A stretch of DNA of 32,000 nucleotides from Methylorubrum extorquens (lineage in GTDB: Bacteria; Pseudomonadota; Alphaproteobacteria; Rhizobiales; Beijerinckiaceae): assembly GCA_900234795.1 (NCBI GenBank), contig LT962688.1, positions 750,001 to 782,000 of the forward strand. Reading direction: 5' to 3'. The position numbers and the translations under genes were made by a program. The notes beneath the pieces were generated by a model. The model was not told where the DNA came from, did not search any database, and saw nothing but the letters and a program-made list of their open reading frames with translations. Positions within the stretch are counted from its first letter, which is position 1, and each line of letters begins with the position of its first letter. Positions 8,587-18,300 of the stretch are shown piece after piece.

Positions 8587-9591
8587 TCACACCGTACGAC
8601 GCGTCGGGGTGAGCCGAACGCCGGGGGCCGGGCGCTCCAGCAGAACCTCCCGGCGGAAGCGCACCAGCCGGGCCGGGCGCCCGGCATTGCCACTGGTGAG
8701 CGTCTCGGTCTCCTCGACGAGGCCCTGTTGCGCCACGAGGCGGCGGAAGTTCTGCTTGTGCAGCCGGATGCCCGAGAGCGCCTCGACCGTGCGTTGAAGC
8801 TGAAGCAGGGTGAAGGCCGGCGGCATCAACTCGAACACCACCGGGCGATACTTGATCTTGCCGCGCAGGCGGCCGATCGCCGTGGCGAGCACCCGTCGAT
8901 GGTCATGGGCCATCGGCTGGCCAGTGATCGCGAGGTCGTCGGGCACGGCGGCGCCGTTCTGGCCGTTGGCCTCCGGGATCAACCCGGCTTCGAACAGCAA
9001 TTCGTAGCGCTCCAGAACCCGCTCCTCGTTCCAGGCGCCGCCGATCCCGAAACTCAGCCCGACCCGGTCCTCGCGCATGCGCCGGAGCTTCGGGTCGGAG
9101 GCGGCGGCGACCCAGGCCATCAGGCGCGGCTCGATCTCGGCGAGCGCCGGAGGCCGGCCCTCGCGGAAATCCTCCCACGGCAGGTAGCGGTACCAGTTGC
9201 GCCATGCGGCTTCCGCAAGGCCCGCCGGGCGCAGCTCGCGCACCAGGGCGAGATAGGCCACCGAGAGCAGGTGCACGTCGTGCTGGCCGCCCTCGCGGTC
9301 GCGATCGCCGAAGGTGTAGAGCTGCTCGACATAACCGAGGCGCTGATGCGTCTGCTGCTCGACCCAGGCGCGAAGGCCGCGCTCCAGGGTGGCGTGCTCG
9401 GGCACCAACGGCCCGGCGGGCAGGGCGCTCTCGCGACCCTCGGCTTGTCCCTCGACCTGCACGGTGAGCGCGCGCGGCTCGCCGTCCGTCGCCGCGACGA
9501 TGACGGCCACGAGCCCCACCGACGAAGCGCTGGCGGCGCGCGTCCCCTTGTCCGCCGCGGCGGCGGTCACACCCAGTTCGGCCGTGCTCAT
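8587..9591 (-). CDS. nadQ: NadQ/NrtR-like regulator (degenerate Nudix-like domain plus C-terminal winged helix)
   Basis: ORF 8587..9738, with the likely start at the ATG at 9591 (MSTAELG...). Shows LPAGPL.P.H.TLE.GLR.WVEQQT...LGYVEQLYTFGDRDR, and a C-terminal FTLLQLQRTVEALSGIRLHKQNFRRLV...GLVEET...GRPARLVRF typical of the NrtR/NadQ DNA-binding domain. Confidence 0.65.
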   Translation of the reverse strand: MSTAELGVTAAAADKGTRAASASSVGLVAVIVAATDGEPRALTVQVEGQAEGRESALPAGPLVPEHATLERGLRAWVEQQTHQRLGYVEQLYTFGDRDREGGQHDVHLLSVAYLALVRELRPAGLAEAAWRNWYRYLPWEDFREGRPPALAEIEPRLMAWVAAASDPKLRRMREDRVGLSFGIGGAWNEERVLERYELLFEAGLIPEANGQNGAAVPDDLAITGQPMAHDHRRVLATAIGRLRGKIKYRPVVFELMPPAFTLLQLQRTVEALSGIRLHKQNFRRLVAQQGLVEETETLTSGNAGRPARLVRFRREVLLERPAPGVRLTPTRRTV

Positions 9592-9708
9592 GCGTTCGTC
9601 GGCCTTCAGCCCCTCTTCGTGGGCATCCCCTCGGCGGTGGAAGCGGTTCCGGCCCGCATTCCGGTCTTGCCGGATTGGCACCGGCACCGTCAACGGAGCC
9701 TCCGGCCT

Positions 9709-9766
9709 CATCCAGGGCAATCGCCCGAACGCGATCACCCTGGTTCTTTGCTGGCCTCAGTCGCCG
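9709..9766. repeat. Dispersed ~58-bp intergenic repeat, copy B
   Basis: See copy A; 43/47 identity over 9720-9766. It lies 118-175 nt upstream of the nadQ-like start on the minus strand, in the divergent region shared with thiE. Confidence 0.8.
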
Positions 9767-9818
9767 CGGCAGGCCGATCCTGCTAGATCAAAAGGCGAAT
9801 TCATCGAAGGGAGCGGGT

Positions 9819-10544
9819 ATGGGCAGCGGAACAGGGCTCGGTTTGTCCCGGCCGTCGGCGGGCGTCGCCGTGGACCTGCGCCTCTACGGCATCCTCGATG
9901 TCGGCGTGCTGGGGGGCGATGCCACCGCGCTTGCCACCCTGGCGGCGGAGGCGGTGGCCGGTGGCGCCACCCTGCTCCAGTACCGCGACAAGGATCTGAC
10001 CGACGCCCGCGCGGCCCTCGCACGGATCCGGGCGATCCATGCGGCCCTCGCCGGCCGCGCGCCGCTCCTCGTCAACGACCGGGTCGATCTCGCGCTGGCC
10101 GCCGGCGTCGAGGGCGTGCATCTCGGCCAGTCGGATCTCCACCCCGAAGACGCGCGCCGCCTGCTCGGCCCGCGCGCCATCATCGGGCTCACGGTGAAGA
10201 CCGGGGCCCAGGCCGACGAACTCTACCGGCTTCCCATCGACTACGCCTGCATCGGCGGCGTGTTCGCCACCACCAGCAAGGACAACCCCGACCCGCCGGT
10301 CGGGCTCGACGGGTTGCAGCGGATCGTGTTCCGCGCCCGGCTCGCCCGCGGCCAGAGCCTGCCGCTCGGAGCGATCGCCGGGATCGACGCCAGCAACACC
10401 GCCTCCGTCATCCGAGCCGGTGCCGACGGGGTGGCGCTGATCGGCGCCCTGTTCAAGGGCGGTGCCACCGAGGCCAAGGCGCGGGATCTGCTTGCACGGG
10501 TCGATGAGGCGCTGGGCCAGCGCGGGAGCACGGGCACGCGTTAA
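9819..10544 (+). CDS. thiE: Thiamine-phosphate synthase
   Basis: Internal ATG of ORF 9675..10544, with GAAGGGAG upstream. Shows LYGILD, LLQYRDK, LLVNDRVDLALA..A.GVHLGQ.D, GGVFAT.SK and AIAGI. Confidence 0.9.
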   Translation: MGSGTGLGLSRPSAGVAVDLRLYGILDVGVLGGDATALATLAAEAVAGGATLLQYRDKDLTDARAALARIRAIHAALAGRAPLLVNDRVDLALAAGVEGVHLGQSDLHPEDARRLLGPRAIIGLTVKTGAQADELYRLPIDYACIGGVFATTSKDNPDPPVGLDGLQRIVFRARLARGQSLPLGAIAGIDASNTASVIRAGADGVALIGALFKGGATEAKARDLLARVDEALGQRGSTGTR

Positions 10545-10591
10545 GGCCGGAAGAAGCGGACCATCAAAAAAATAGACGAGGGAAGACGCCC

Positions 10592-11398
10592 ATGACCGCC
10601 ATCGCCCTGACCATCGCCGGCTCGGATTCGAGCGGGGGCGCCGGCATCCAGGCCGACCTCAAGACCTTCGCCGCCCTGCGCGTCTACGGCGCCAGCGTCA
10701 TCACGGCCCTCACGGCCCAGAACACCCGCGGGGTACAGGCGATCCACGATGTGCCCGCCGATTTCGTGGCCGCGCAGATCGACTCGGTGTTCTCCGACCT
10801 CGCGGTGGGGGCGGTGAAGATCGGCATGCTCTCGCGGCCCGAGACCATCCGCGCGGTGGCCGAGGGTCTGCGGCGGCACGCGCCCGGCATCCCGGTGGTG
10901 CTCGACCCGGTGATGGTGGCCACCAGCGGCGACCGGCTGATCTCGCAGGAAGCCGTCGAGATTCTGCGCAGCGAGTTGATGCCGCTCGCCACCATCATCA
11001 CCCCCAACCTGCCCGAAGCCGCGACCCTGCTCGACGAGGGGGAAGCGGGACACGAGAACGAGGCGGTGGCGCAGGGGCGGCGGCTGCTGGCGCGCGGCGC
11101 GCGGGCTGTGCTGATCAAGGGTGGCCACGGCGAGGGCAGCGAGAGCGCCGATCACCTGATCGCCGCGGACGGAACCCTGCGCCGGTTCGCGGCCCCACGC
11201 ATCGAGACCCGCAACAGCCACGGCACCGGCTGCACCCTCTCGGCGGCGGTGGCGGCGGGGCTTGCCCGCGGCCAGGGCCTCGCCGAGGCGGTGGGGGCCG
11301 CCAAGACCTATGTCACGGGGGCGATCCGCGCGGCGGACACGGTGCCGGTCGGCCACGGCCACGGCCCGCTCCACCACTTTTTCGCGCTCTGGCGATAG
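10592..11398 (+). CDS. thiD: Hydroxymethylpyrimidine/phosphomethylpyrimidine kinase
   Basis: ORF 10592..11398 shows [51 protein letters not shown] and [10 protein letters not shown]. Confidence 0.9.
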   Translation: MTAIALTIAGSDSSGGAGIQADLKTFAALRVYGASVITALTAQNTRGVQAIHDVPADFVAAQIDSVFSDLAVGAVKIGMLSRPETIRAVAEGLRRHAPGIPVVLDPVMVATSGDRLISQEAVEILRSELMPLATIITPNLPEAATLLDEGEAGHENEAVAQGRRLLARGARAVLIKGGHGEGSESADHLIAADGTLRRFAAPRIETRNSHGTGCTLSAAVAAGLARGQGLAEAVGAAKTYVTGAIRAADTVPVGHGHGPLHHFFALWR

Positions 11399-11574
11399 GC
11401 ACCGGGCTGGGCGAAATCAGCCCCTTTCCGCCTTTTGCGTTTGACAGACCAAACGCTCGTTCGGATAACGGAACGCCTTTCGGTGCCCCGCACACGATTT
11501 CGTGATCCGATCCGCCCGCGAGGGTGTTTCCGGCGCGCGAAGATTTTGTCGGGCACTTTCAGCGGACCGACGTG

Positions 11575-12206
11575 ATGCAGGACATAGCGGCAAGCCTCGA
11601 ACGTGGACGGCCGAAGGATCTCGTCAGCGGCGCCCAGGTGCTTTCGGGTCAGCTCGGCAAGACGATCCAGCGTCTGCGCAAGGCCTACAACCTCTCCCTC
11701 TCCGAACTCGCCGAGCAATCGGGCGTGGCGAAGTCGATCATCAGCCAGATCGAGCGCAACGAGACCAATCCGACGCTGGCGACAATCTGGCGGTTGAGCC
11801 AGGCGCTCGACGTATCGATCGAGCGGGTGCTCGCCACCTCTGACGAAGAACCCTTCATCGAGCGCTTCTCGCGCGCCGACACACACCGCGGCTCGTCTCC
11901 GACGACGGCAAGGTGCGGCTGGCCATCATCGGCTGGATCAAGACCGTCGAGTGGCTGCAATGGTACGACGTCACCGCTGATGCCGGCGGCGTGCTCGAAT
12001 CCGACGCGCACCAGCGCGGCTCGGTCGAGTCGCTGTCCGTGCTGGAGGGCAGCTTCGAGGTGGATGTGGCCGGCGAAGTGCAGCGGGCGAATGCCGGCGA
12101 GACCCTGCGCTACCGCTGCGACCGCCCCCACAGCATCCGGTGCCTCGGCGACGCGCCCGGCCGCGCGACCATGGTCGTGATCATGAAGGCCGCCGTGATG
12201 GAGTGA
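11575..12206 (+). pseudogene. XRE-family HTH plus cupin-domain transcriptional regulator, frameshifted as sequenced
   Basis: The HTH part (LGKTIQRLRKAYNLSLSELAEQSGVAKSIISQIERNETNPTLATIWRLSQAL) is in ORF 11524..12180 up to ~11886. The cupin part (PRLVSDDGKVRLAIIGW...LESDAHQRGSVESLSVLEGSFEVDVAGE...YRCDRPHSI) is in the frame of ORF 11913..12206. The frame changes within ACACACCGCGG (11881-11891). This is consistent with a 1-nt loss in a C run or a 2-nt AC gain. The start is uncertain (11575 ATG or 11524 GTG). Confidence 0.75.
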
Positions 12207-12247
12207 TCCGGCGCCAGCCGCTCCCTTGTGGGCAGCGACATCGTACG

Positions 12248-12287
12248 AAAAAGGCCCCCGCCGCTCGCCAGCGACGGGGGCCTTTTT
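12248..12287. terminator. Bidirectional intrinsic terminator between the convergent XRE gene and the giant gene
   Basis: A5 (12248-12252), GGCCCCCG (12253-12260), loop, CGGGGGCC (12275-12282), T5 (12283-12287). A second 8-bp hairpin, GAGGCGGG/CCCGCCTC, lies at 12316-12346. Confidence 0.7.
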
Positions 12288-12361
12288 CATGGAGTAGCCT
12301 GGTCGATCGGGCCGTGAGGCGGGCCCGTTGACACCGAACCCGCCTCCTCCGACGTGAAGCC

Positions 12362-15300
12362 TCAGGCCTCGTCGAACCGGCCGCTGGCATGCGCAAGCAT
12401 GGTGTAGACCTTGCCCGTCTCCGAGGTGAGGTAGGCGTCCGCGCGCTTGGTGTCGCGATCGTTCTTCGTCACCTCGCCGAGCAGCCGCTCGAACTCGCCG
12501 ACATAGCGATCGACCGTGCGGCGGAACTCGGCATCCGCCCGGTAGCGGCGCTGGATCTGCTCGAAGGTCTGGCGCCCCCTGGACCGTGTAGAGGCGGCCG
12601 TCGAACAGGTTGGTGTCGCCCTGGCGGTAGCGCTGCCAGAACTCGACCGAGGCCTGATGATCCACCATCCGGGCGATGTCGGTCGAGATCGCGTCGAGCG
12701 AGATCCGCTCCACCGGCCCCTTCGCCTCGGGCGCGGCGACCGGAGCCGGGGCGGGGACCGCCTCGGCGCCGTCATCGTCGAGCGACGCGCGGGTCAGGAG
12801 ATCGGACAGCCAGCCGCGGTTGTCGCGGGTGCCGGGCCGCCCCTGGACCGGGCCGGGGACGGCGGCCGGGCTCGCCGGACGCACGGGGGCCGATGCCGGC
12901 TGAGACCGGCCCGCCGTCGGGGCCGCATTGCGGACCGGCGCAGGCGCGGAGACCGGTGCGGGCGCCGCCGCCCCCGACACGGCGCGGCCGGCCTCGGCCG
13001 TGCGGCGCTGCTCGGCCCCGCGGGCCTGCGCCGCTGGCTGGGCGACATCGACCGAGCGGTTCGAGCGGGCCACCAGGGCGGAGAGCTCGTTCAGCGCGTC
13101 GATCTGTTCGGCCACGACGCGACGCATCTCGCTCGTGGCATCCTGCGTCTCGCGGGGCAGGTCGAGAACGCCGCGCTGCAGGTCGGCGCGGGTGGCGTCG
13201 AGTTCGCGGCGAATCTCGGCGGCCATCGCATTCATCCGCGTGACCGAGTCGCCGAACTGGCCGGAGGCGGCGGCGAAGCTCTGCATCATCTTGGCGGAGG
13301 CCTCCTCGATGGCGCTGCGCACCGCTTCCGCCGTGCGGGCGCTCTCGGCATCCGCGCCGCTGCGCAGGCGCTCGAAGTCGCCCGCCACGGCGGTCCCGGC
13401 CTCGCGGGCCACGCGGGCCACGCTCTCGCTGAGTTCACGGGCGCGGGTCTCGGCCGCACGCAGCGTCTCCTCGATCACGCTGCCGAAGCGGCCGGTCTGG
13501 GCCTCGATGGCCTGGCTGCGCTCTTCGAGGCGGGACAGCACCGCCTCGACGACGGCCTGCCGGCTCGACAGGCTCTCGGCGAGACGGCCTTCGACCGCTT
13601 CCAGATTGCCGGCGGCCGCTTCGAGCGCGCCGACATAGGTGCCGGTGCGCTCCACCAGCGCCTTGCCGCGGGCATCCAGGGTCTCGGCGAGGCTGGACGC
13701 CTGGGCGAGTGCTCCCTGCGAGGCTTCGCGGAGCGCCACGACCTGGGTCGAGACCCGGTCGGAGGCCTGTGCCGTGTCGGCGGCGACCCGGTCGAGGGCC
13801 GACTGGATCTGCTCGACACGGGCCGCGAGCCCTTGCTCGATGGCACCGAGGTTCTCCGAGGCGCCGCCGACGAGGTCCTTCAGCCCGTCATTGGCGTGCT
13901 CGATCCGGGTGAGGAAGCCGGCGACGTCGCGGCGGACCCGCTCATGCGCCTGGGCGACGGTGTCGGCGGAGGCCGCCGCGCCCTCGTCCAGCGCGACGCG
14001 CAGGGCCTTGGCCGACTCGACGGTGCGGACGACGATGGCGTCGGTGCGCTCGCGCAGGGCCTCGACCAGCGGTGCACCCTTGTCGGCGATGAGCCGGTCG
14101 AGGGCCTGCTCCCGCTCGGCCAGGGCGTCGGCCAGGGCCGCGGCCGGTCCGTCGATCATGCGGGCCAGCGCGCCGTTGCGCTGATCCATCGTCTCGGCCA
14201 GCGCGTCGGCGCGGGCCTGGACCTCGGCCGCGTGACGGCGGGCGCGCTCCTCCAGCATCCGGCCCATCTGGGCGATGCCGTCGTCCACGAGCGCCGCGTA
14301 GGCGTTCTGGCGCTCGTCGAAGGTCTCCGCCAGGGCGGCCTGCCGCTCGGCACGCTCGTCCAGGGCCGCGACCATCCGGGCGGTACCGCCATCGATGAGC
14401 GCCGCGTAGGCCTCCTTCTGGCGGTCGAACGCCTCGGCCAGCACCGCGTGGCGGCGGGCCCGCTCTTCCAGTGCGGCGACCATGCGGGCGGTGCCCTGCT
14501 CGATCAGGGTGGCATAGGCGTCCCGCTGCCCGTCGAAGGCCTCGGTGAGGGCGGCCTGCCGCTGGGCACGCTCGTCGAGAGCCGCGACCATCCGGGCGGT
14601 GCCCTCCTCGATCACGCTCGCATAGGCATCGCGCTGCCCGTCGAGGGTCTCAGCGAAGGCGGCCTGCCGCTGGGCCCGCTCGTCGAGAGCCGCAACCATG
14701 CGGGCGGTGCCCTCCTCGATCAGCGCCGCGACGGCCCGCTGACGCTCCTCCACCGTCTCCGCCTGTGCGGCGTGGCGGCGCGCCCGTTCTTCGAGCGCGG
14801 CGACCATACGGGCGGTGCCCTGCTCGATCACGCTCGCATAGGATTCCCGCTGGCCGTCGAAGGCCTCGGCGAACGCGGCCTGCTGCCGGGCGCGCTCGTC
14901 CAGCGTCGCCGCGATCCGGGCGGTCCCCTCTTCGATCAAGGCGGCGACGGCCTTCTGGCGCTCCTCGACCGTCTCGAACTGGGCCGCGTGCTGGCGTGCG
15001 CGCTCATCGAGCGTCGCGACCATGCGGGCCGTGCCCCCGTCGATCTGCGCCGTGTAGGCGTCCTGGCGCTCGTCGAAGGCGTCGGCCAGCGCGTTGGCGC
15101 GGTTCGCCACCACGGTGGCGAAGGCGCGCAGGCGGGCGTCGATGCGGGCGGTGAAGTCCTCGCTGCGGGCCTCGACGGTCTGCGACAGGGTGGCCGCCTG
15201 GTTCTCCACAAGCCGGGCGAACTCGCCGCCGCGGCTCTCGACGAGCCCGTCGAGACTCCGCATCCGCTCATCGAACACCGTCGCCAGCGCCTGGGTCTGG

Positions 15301-18300
15301 GTCTCGAGGCGGCCGGTCAGCGCCGTCGAGCGCTCATCGACCAGGGCGCCGAGGGTGGCGTGGATCTCGTCGAACAGGGCGCGCAGCTCCTGCGACCGCC
15401 TTTCGACGGTCTGCGCGACCTGCTGGCCGCGCCCGTCCACGATGTCGCCGAGAACGCCGAGGCGCTCGTCGAACAGGTGGGCGAGCCCCCGCGTGCGGGC
15501 ATCGACCTCGCCGGCCGCGCGGCCGATGCCGCCTTCCAGCGTCTCCACGAACAGACGCGCGCCCTCGGTCAGCGCCGCCTGGAGCGGCAGGATGCGGCCC
15601 TGGAAGCCCTCGTCGAGGCGGCCGGCATGGCCGTCGAGCAGCCCGCGGATCTCGGCCGTGCGGTGGTCGAGGATGTCCTGAACCGTGCGGGCCCGCTCCT
15701 CCAGGGTGATGCGCAGATCATCGCTGCGGGCCTCGAGCATGGTGCGGATTTCGCCCGCGCGGCTGTCGAGCAGGTCCTGCACCGTGCGGGCCGGCTCCTC
15801 CAGGGCGGCGCGCAGGGCGCCGAGCCCGGTCTCGAACTCGCCACGGACATGGCCGGCGCTGCCATCCACGAGACCGCGCAGCTCGCCGGTACGGCTGTCG
15901 AGGGTGTTGCGGATCTCGGCGCTGCGGGCATCGAGCAACTCGCGCACCATGCGGATGCGCTCTTCCAGCGTCGTATCGAGGCTGCCGAGGCTCGCCTCGA
16001 ACGCGCCGCCGACCCGGCCGGAGACGTCTTCCATCAGGCCGCGCAGATCGTCGGTGCGGTGATCGAAGGTGTCGCGGATCTCGGCGCTGCGGGCATCGAG
16101 CAGGTCGCGCACCGTGCGGACGCGCTCCGCCAGCGTCGTGTCGAGGGCGCCGAGGCTCGCCTCGAACTCGTTGCGCACCCGTCCAGCACCGCCCTCCATC
16201 AGACCACGCAGGTCGTCGGTGCGGTGATCGAAGGTGTCGCGGATCTCGGCGCTGCGGGCGTCGAGCAGGTCGCGCACCGTGCGCAGGCGCTCGTCCAGCA
16301 CAGTCTCGAAGCTGCCGAGGCCGGCTTCGAGTTCGCCGCGCACGCGGCCGGCACTGCCTTCCATCAGGCCGCGCAGATCGTCCGCGCGGCTGTCGAGCAG
16401 AGTGCGGATCTCGCTCGCCTGGGTCTCGAAGGCGTGGCCGAGGCGGCCGGTGCCCTCGCCGAGCAGGCCGTCGACCTGTCCCATGAGGTCGCGCAGGGTC
16501 GCGAGCAAGGCGGTGCCGCGGCGGTCGAGCAGGGCGCCGAGCGAGGCGCCGCCCTGTTCCAGGGCCTGGGTGATGTCGGAGAGGCGTCCCTCAAGCCCTT
16601 CGACGGCCACGCGGCCGCGCTGGTCGAGGTCGGCGGCGAGCGCGCCGCCGCGCTCGTCGAACAGGTGGTTGAGGCTCTCGGCCCGCTCGTCGAACAGGCG
16701 GGCGATGGCCTCGACATGGCCGCCCAGCGCCTCGACGGCGAGACCGCTGCGGCGCTCCAGCAGGGCGACGAGGTCGCGGATGCGGCCGGTCAGCTCGCCG
16801 TCGATGGTGCGGGTGCGGCTCTCGATCAGGCGCACCGCTTCGAGCGCCTGGATGCCGAAGGATTCGTCGAGGTGGCGGGTGCGCTCCTCCAGCGTGCCGC
16901 TGAGGGCATCGAGGCGCGCGACCACGCCGGTATCGAGGCGCTCGGCGCCCTCGTCGAGGCGGCGGGCGAGATCCTGGGTCGTGCGCTCGAGCCGCTCGGC
17001 GATCTCGGCCGCGCGGGCGGCGAGAAGGTCGCCCACGGAGCGGCCACGGTCGGCGATGTCCTGCGCGGAGCCTTCGATGCGCCGGTCGAGGGCGTCAGTG
17101 AGGATGCGATTGCCCTCATCCAGCGTGCGGGCGATCTCGGAGCTGCGCAGCACCAGCGCCTCGTTGAGGGCATTGGCGCGGGCACCCAGCCGCGTGTCGA
17201 CATGGCCGACGAGGGCTGCGAAGCTCTCGCCGATCTCGGCGGCGCGACGGGCCGAGAGGGATTCCATCTCGCCGATGCGGGCCTCGACGGTCTCGCTGGC
17301 AAGGCGCGCACGCTCGGCCAGGGAGTCGGCGAGCGCATTGCCCTGCACGGCGATGATCCGGTCGATCTCGGTGAGGCGCGAATCCAGGGTGTCGCCGAGC
17401 GTCTGCGCGTTGCCGGCGATCCGGTCGGCGAGGATGTCGCCGCGGGCGATGGTTTCCTGCAGGGCGGCGAGCCGGTTGCCGAGGGCCTCCTCCACCGCGC
17501 GGGTGCGGCTGTCGGCGGTCTCGACGAAGGCAGCGTGGCTCCGGTGCAGCGTGTCGCCGACCTGCGACACATGGCCGGCAATGGCGAGCACGACCTCGCG
17601 GCTGGCGCCTTCGAGGCGGGCCTGGGCCTCGTCGGACTGGCTGGCGATGAGCGCGGCGGCGCCGCGGCCGTGACGGCCGAAGCTGTCCTCCAGAGTTCCC
17701 AGGCGGGTCTCCAGCTCGGTGCCGACGTCCTCTGCGGTGCGCGACAGCGCCAGCGTCGTGGCCTCGCCGCGGGCGGCAACCTCGTCGCCGAGCCGGCGCA
17801 GCGTCTCGCGCAGGGCCTCCAGGGCGCTCTCGGTGCGGCCGCCGACCTCGCCGCCGGCCTGTTCGGCCGCACGGGCGAGGGAAGCGGTGGCCTCGGCGCT
17901 GCGGGCCGACAGCTCGTCGCCGATCTGGGCCAGGGCGTCGCGCAGGCTGCGCAGCGACGCCTCGGTGCGGCTGTTGACCTCGCCGCCAGCCTGCTCGGCC
18001 GCGCGGGCCAGGGCCGCACTGGTCTCGGCGCCGCGGGTGGACAGCTCCTCGCCGATCCGGCCTAGCGTCTCACGCAGGCTCCGCAGCGATTCCTCAGTGC
18101 GCGCACCGACTTCGCCGCCGACCCGCTCGGCGGTCCGCGCCAGCGCGTCCGTCACCTCGGCGCTGCGGCCGTCGATCTCGTTCTGCACCTGCCGCAGCAG
18201 GTCGCGCAGACCCTGCGCCGACTGGTCGGCACGGCTGCCGATCTCGCCGCCGGCCTGAGCCGCCGCCAGCGACAGGGCGACGCTGGCCTCCGAGCCGCGC

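Noticed and set aside
9592-9818. Possible TPP (THI-box) riboswitch upstream of thiE-thiD
   Set aside because: I found no CUGAGA / ACCCU..GAACCUGAUC / GCG.AGGGA core on the thiE strand. The only structured element there is the ~58-bp repeat, which also occurs upstream of pepP, and its reverse complement fits the THI-box only superficially. A covariance-model scan would settle it.
11685-12574. The 3' ~890 nt of the tracked 3,087-aa ORF, overlapping the XRE-cupin gene and the terminator
   Set aside because: After the C5 run at 12575-12579 the translation becomes Arg/Gly/His-rich junk. The conserved-looking C-terminus continues in another frame and stops at 12362. The tail also crosses a strong bidirectional terminator and the coding region of a convergent gene.
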